Shown in pieces: positions 54,891 to 57,807 of a DNA stretch of 57,807 nt. Both the position numbers and the translations under genes were made by a program. The DNA comes from Streptomyces virus Yaboi. Lineage: Duplodnaviria; Heunggongvirae; Uroviricota; Caudoviricetes. Numbering within the stretch: the first letter of the stretch is position 1; each line of letters starts with the position of its first letter. The DNA is taken from IMG/VR virus record IMGVR_UViG_2974625447_000001, positions 1-57,807 of that record, one strand, 5' to 3'. The notes beneath the pieces are model-generated. The model ran no database searches, was not told where the DNA came from, and worked only from the letters and a program-made list of their open reading frames with translations.

Positions 54891-56082
54891 TTCAGTCTGC
54901 GCCACAAAGCAGATTGCTCCACTAATGGCGGACAACGTTGATGATCTATTCGGTCCTTTCAAGGACGTATGGGTCTCAATGCGTCAGTATTACATGCAGT
55001 ACAAGTCCATCCCGGACATCACTGTTCTCACTGACAAGTTCAAGCAGCTAGAAATGGTCCCGGCGGAAGCCGAGCCAGCGTTCTATCTAGAAGAACTAAA
55101 GTCAGAATACCTATACTCTCGCATGGATGAGATCATGCAAAAGGGTATGGGAGCGCTAGACAAGTATGCACCGGCTCAGGTTCTCGACAAGCTGATGCAG
55201 GAGCTAGGCAACCTTGGCAGGTTTACAAACAACGTTCGTGACCTTGATATCACTGATTACGAACAAGCCGAGAGGCATCTTCTAACCGTCAAGGAAAAGG
55301 CGGCAGTAACAGGGTCAGTTGGCATCAAGACCAACGTTAAAGCAATTGATGCTGCCTATCCTACGGGCATGGCCGGTGGTCATTTTATTGTGGCTATTGG
55401 TTGGCCAGGTCGTGGTAAGACATGGTTCACCGCCTATCTTGCTATTCAGGCATGGCTACAGGGCTATAAGCCTATGATCGTCTCCCTTGAGATGAGTCCA
55501 GAGGACATGCGAAGTCGAATTTACACGATGATGGCTTCTGGTCTGTTTTCTGCGACTGACTTTGCCCGTGGACAGATCAACATTGATAATTTCCGCGAGT
55601 GGGGAAAGAAGACTCTAACAGACAAGTCAGCATTCACCATCGTGTCTAACGAAGGTGTTGGTGATGTTACTCCTAATGTTGTTCAGGGTAAGATTGAGCA
55701 GCACAGGCCAGATCTTGTAATCTGCGACTATCACCAGCTCTTTAGCGACAACGCAAAGTCAGCTAACCCTACTCAACGAAACATGATGCTTTCAAAGGAA
55801 TTCAAGCGTCTAGCAATGACGAATAACATTCCTTTGATCGACATCACTGCCGCTACTAACAACGATGGTATCTCAGGTCAGGACAACCCTCCGATGCTGA
55901 GCCAGGTTGCATGGTCCAAGCAGATCGAGTATGATGCTGATATGGCCTTCGCGGTTCACCGTGATAATGACAGCGGCCTGATTGAAGTTATTTCCAGAAA
56001 GAACCGTCATGGTTCAGACTTCGGCTTCTTCCTTGAGGCTGATCTTGACCGTGGTATCTGGAAGGAAAGTTACGGCGTGTAA
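54862..56082 (+). CDS. dnaB: DnaB-like replicative helicase
   Basis: Walker A GWPGRGKT, SLEM, CDYHQL, IEYDAD, KNRHG. Confidence 0.93.
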   Translation: MPTTAEKLINSVCATKQIAPLMADNVDDLFGPFKDVWVSMRQYYMQYKSIPDITVLTDKFKQLEMVPAEAEPAFYLEELKSEYLYSRMDEIMQKGMGALDKYAPAQVLDKLMQELGNLGRFTNNVRDLDITDYEQAERHLLTVKEKAAVTGSVGIKTNVKAIDAAYPTGMAGGHFIVAIGWPGRGKTWFTAYLAIQAWLQGYKPMIVSLEMSPEDMRSRIYTMMASGLFSATDFARGQINIDNFREWGKKTLTDKSAFTIVSNEGVGDVTPNVVQGKIEQHRPDLVICDYHQLFSDNAKSANPTQRNMMLSKEFKRLAMTNNIPLIDITAATNNDGISGQDNPPMLSQVAWSKQIEYDADMAFAVHRDNDSGLIEVISRKNRHGSDFGFFLEADLDRGIWKESYGV

Positions 56083-56388
56083 ATGATGCATAGTCATGTC
56101 AGAAGGTTTCAGGTGGACGGAATTATCAAAGATGATTCTGACTTTCCACGGCTGAGAGCACAATTCGAAGACATGCTGATGACTGAAATGCGCGACCGTG
56201 GATGGGCTCCATTGCTAGATTTGGGGCCTTACTTTTCAACTGAATATCGTAAAGACGGATCATACAATTTTCTGATCACAGCATACGGGATATTTCTAGG
56301 GAGGCGAAAGGCTTGGGAGATCTCAGGGATATGCAATGGACAGGCAATACCAATGTCTACTCCGAAGAACAAATCGAGGCGGTCTTGA
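56083..56388 (+). CDS. Hypothetical protein, 101 aa
   Basis: Between helicase and primase. Confidence 0.7.
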   Translation: MMHSHVRRFQVDGIIKDDSDFPRLRAQFEDMLMTEMRDRGWAPLLDLGPYFSTEYRKDGSYNFLITAYGIFLGRRKAWEISGICNGQAIPMSTPKNKSRRS

Positions 56389-57389
56389 ATGACCTCGGTC
56401 TTGAGATCGACTCCGAGACTGGAAGAGACTTTATTTGCTTTTGTCCTTTTCACAACAACACAGAGACTCCTAGCTTTTCAGTTTCAAAGGCTACAGGAGT
56501 CTTCCTGTGCTTTAACGCCATGTGTTCAGAGCGTGGCAACCTTATTGAGCTAGTCAAGAGAAAGTCAGCTTTTCCTCTCAAGGAGTTTGAGGCTATGCGC
56601 TTTATTCTCAAGAGGAAGACTGGCGCTAAGTTGACAGCTCAGCAGAAGATCGATAAGATCAAGAAGCAGCGAGTAGACTTCGACATTCTTCCTGCGGCTC
56701 CATTTGACCGTATGTACGAATCATTCTGGAGTTATCCGGATGCCATTCGCTACATGGTTGAGGAGCGAGGATTTGATGAAGACGTTCTTCGGGAGTTTTA
56801 CATCGGTTATTCTGCCAAGAATGATATGATCACAGTTCCAATGCACGACCCGGAAGGCAATTACATTGGTTTGATCGGACGCGCAATTGAATCAAAGAGG
56901 TTCAAGAATTCCACTGCGCTTCCTGTTAGTCGAACAATGTGGAATTTACACCGGGCGAAAAAGGCAAGTGATACAGTCATCATTTGCGAGGCGTCCTTTG
57001 ACGCTATGAGGATTCATCAGGCTGGTTACCCTAACGTGGTTGCACTGCTTGGAGGAAACCTCAGCAACTTGCACATCGACTTGCTCGAACGATACTTCAA
57101 TGGTATTGTGATCATGACTGACTTCGATGACAAATCAAAGTATGTCCAGAAAAATTGTCGAAAGTGCGAAGACCCTAATGGCTGCCAGGGACATAATCCT
57201 GGCCGTGAGCTTGGAAATCTAATCGCCAGTCGAGTTCGTGGAAAGCGAATTCGGTGGGCGGCAACAGATTACAAGCTTGTGTATCCTCATGGAGCTAAGG
57301 ATGCGGGCGACATGACTGACAATGAAATTGTTCATTGCATTCAGAACAGCGTATCCAATTTTGAGTACCAGCAGTGGAGATTGACCTGA
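56331..57389 (+). CDS. dnaG: DNA primase (CHC2 zinc finger + Toprim)
   Basis: CFCPFH..TETPSF...CF...C; ICEASFDA; DFDD; KDAGD. Confidence 0.92.
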   Translation: MQWTGNTNVYSEEQIEAVLNDLGLEIDSETGRDFICFCPFHNNTETPSFSVSKATGVFLCFNAMCSERGNLIELVKRKSAFPLKEFEAMRFILKRKTGAKLTAQQKIDKIKKQRVDFDILPAAPFDRMYESFWSYPDAIRYMVEERGFDEDVLREFYIGYSAKNDMITVPMHDPEGNYIGLIGRAIESKRFKNSTALPVSRTMWNLHRAKKASDTVIICEASFDAMRIHQAGYPNVVALLGGNLSNLHIDLLERYFNGIVIMTDFDDKSKYVQKNCRKCEDPNGCQGHNPGRELGNLIASRVRGKRIRWAATDYKLVYPHGAKDAGDMTDNEIVHCIQNSVSNFEYQQWRLT

Positions 57390-57469
57390 TCAGCCTTCAT
57401 CTGCTATACTCTTTATAGCAGGTTCGTTAGCAGCCTCAATAAAAACAAACATAGGAGCAAATAAAAAAG

Positions 57470-57807
57470 ATGTCAGAACTAAAGGGTCTCGATGCGATCC
57501 GCGCTTACAAGAAGAAGATGGCCGAACAGGCGGCCGAGCGCGAGGAGCGAGCAAAGAATGCAGATAAGCCAAAGCCTAAGTATCTTCGACTAGGCGTTGA
57601 TGAGTCCGTTAAGGTTCGTTTCCTACAGGAGATGGACACCGAAGCACGTAACTACGATCCCAACCGTGGCGTTGGTGTTGGTGTAATTGAGCACCAGGGA
57701 CTAGACGACAACTTCAAGTTCCGTGCAAACTGCACGATGGACACTGAGGGTCGTTGCTGGGCGTGTGAGAAGGCGCGCGTAGCAAAGAAGGACAGCAAGG
57801 ATAAGGG
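57470..57807 (+). CDS. Single-stranded DNA-binding protein, gp32-like (runs off the window)
   Basis: Translated by hand: K.LRL....VKVRFL...H...C...CWACE; promoter TTGACC-18-TATACT and AGGAG RBS. Confidence 0.7.
   Translation, partial: MSELKGLDAIRAYKKKMAEQAAEREERAKNADKPKPKYLRLGVDESVKVRFLQEMDTEARNYDPNRGVGVGVIEHQGLDDNFKFRANCTMDTEGRCWACEKARVAKKDSKDK

Noticed and set aside
1-57807. Prophage or temperate functions
   Set aside because: No integrase, repressor cassette or host genes recognised in this window.

Overview
This is the left ~58 kb of a large lytic siphovirus of Actinobacteria, most likely a Streptomyces phage of the cluster BE / Stanwilliamsviridae type. That assignment is inferred from gene content, gene order and promoters, not from a database search. 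(1) 1-~12.5 kb is a GC-richer, probably terminally repeated early region built as an array of small single-gene cassettes on the minus strand. A typical unit is hairpin - RCCG(GGG)CGGY box - housekeeping-sigma promoter - short ORF. I counted 21 boxes and about 20 promoters. Cargo includes DUF932, Lsr2-like, GP88-like, two ParB-like and two ribosomal-L7/L12-CTD-like proteins. (2) 12.5-18.3 kb is a leftward accessory block: ThyX, a 4-TM DUF2637/Spd-like gene overlaid with ~26 TGTCAC repeats, Dps-like, tRNA-Thr(CGT), HNH, a secreted transglycosylase, and a candidate attenuator RNA. (3) 18.4-52.2 kb runs rightward: glycosyltransferase, class II RNR, endolysin, head and tail genes. (4) 52.2-57.8 kb holds a phosphoesterase, holin, DnaB-like helicase, primase and a truncated SSB-like gene. 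The strongest candidates for undescribed systems are the boxed cassette array and the membrane protein gene carrying its own hexamer repeat cluster. All counts and coordinates were read by eye.
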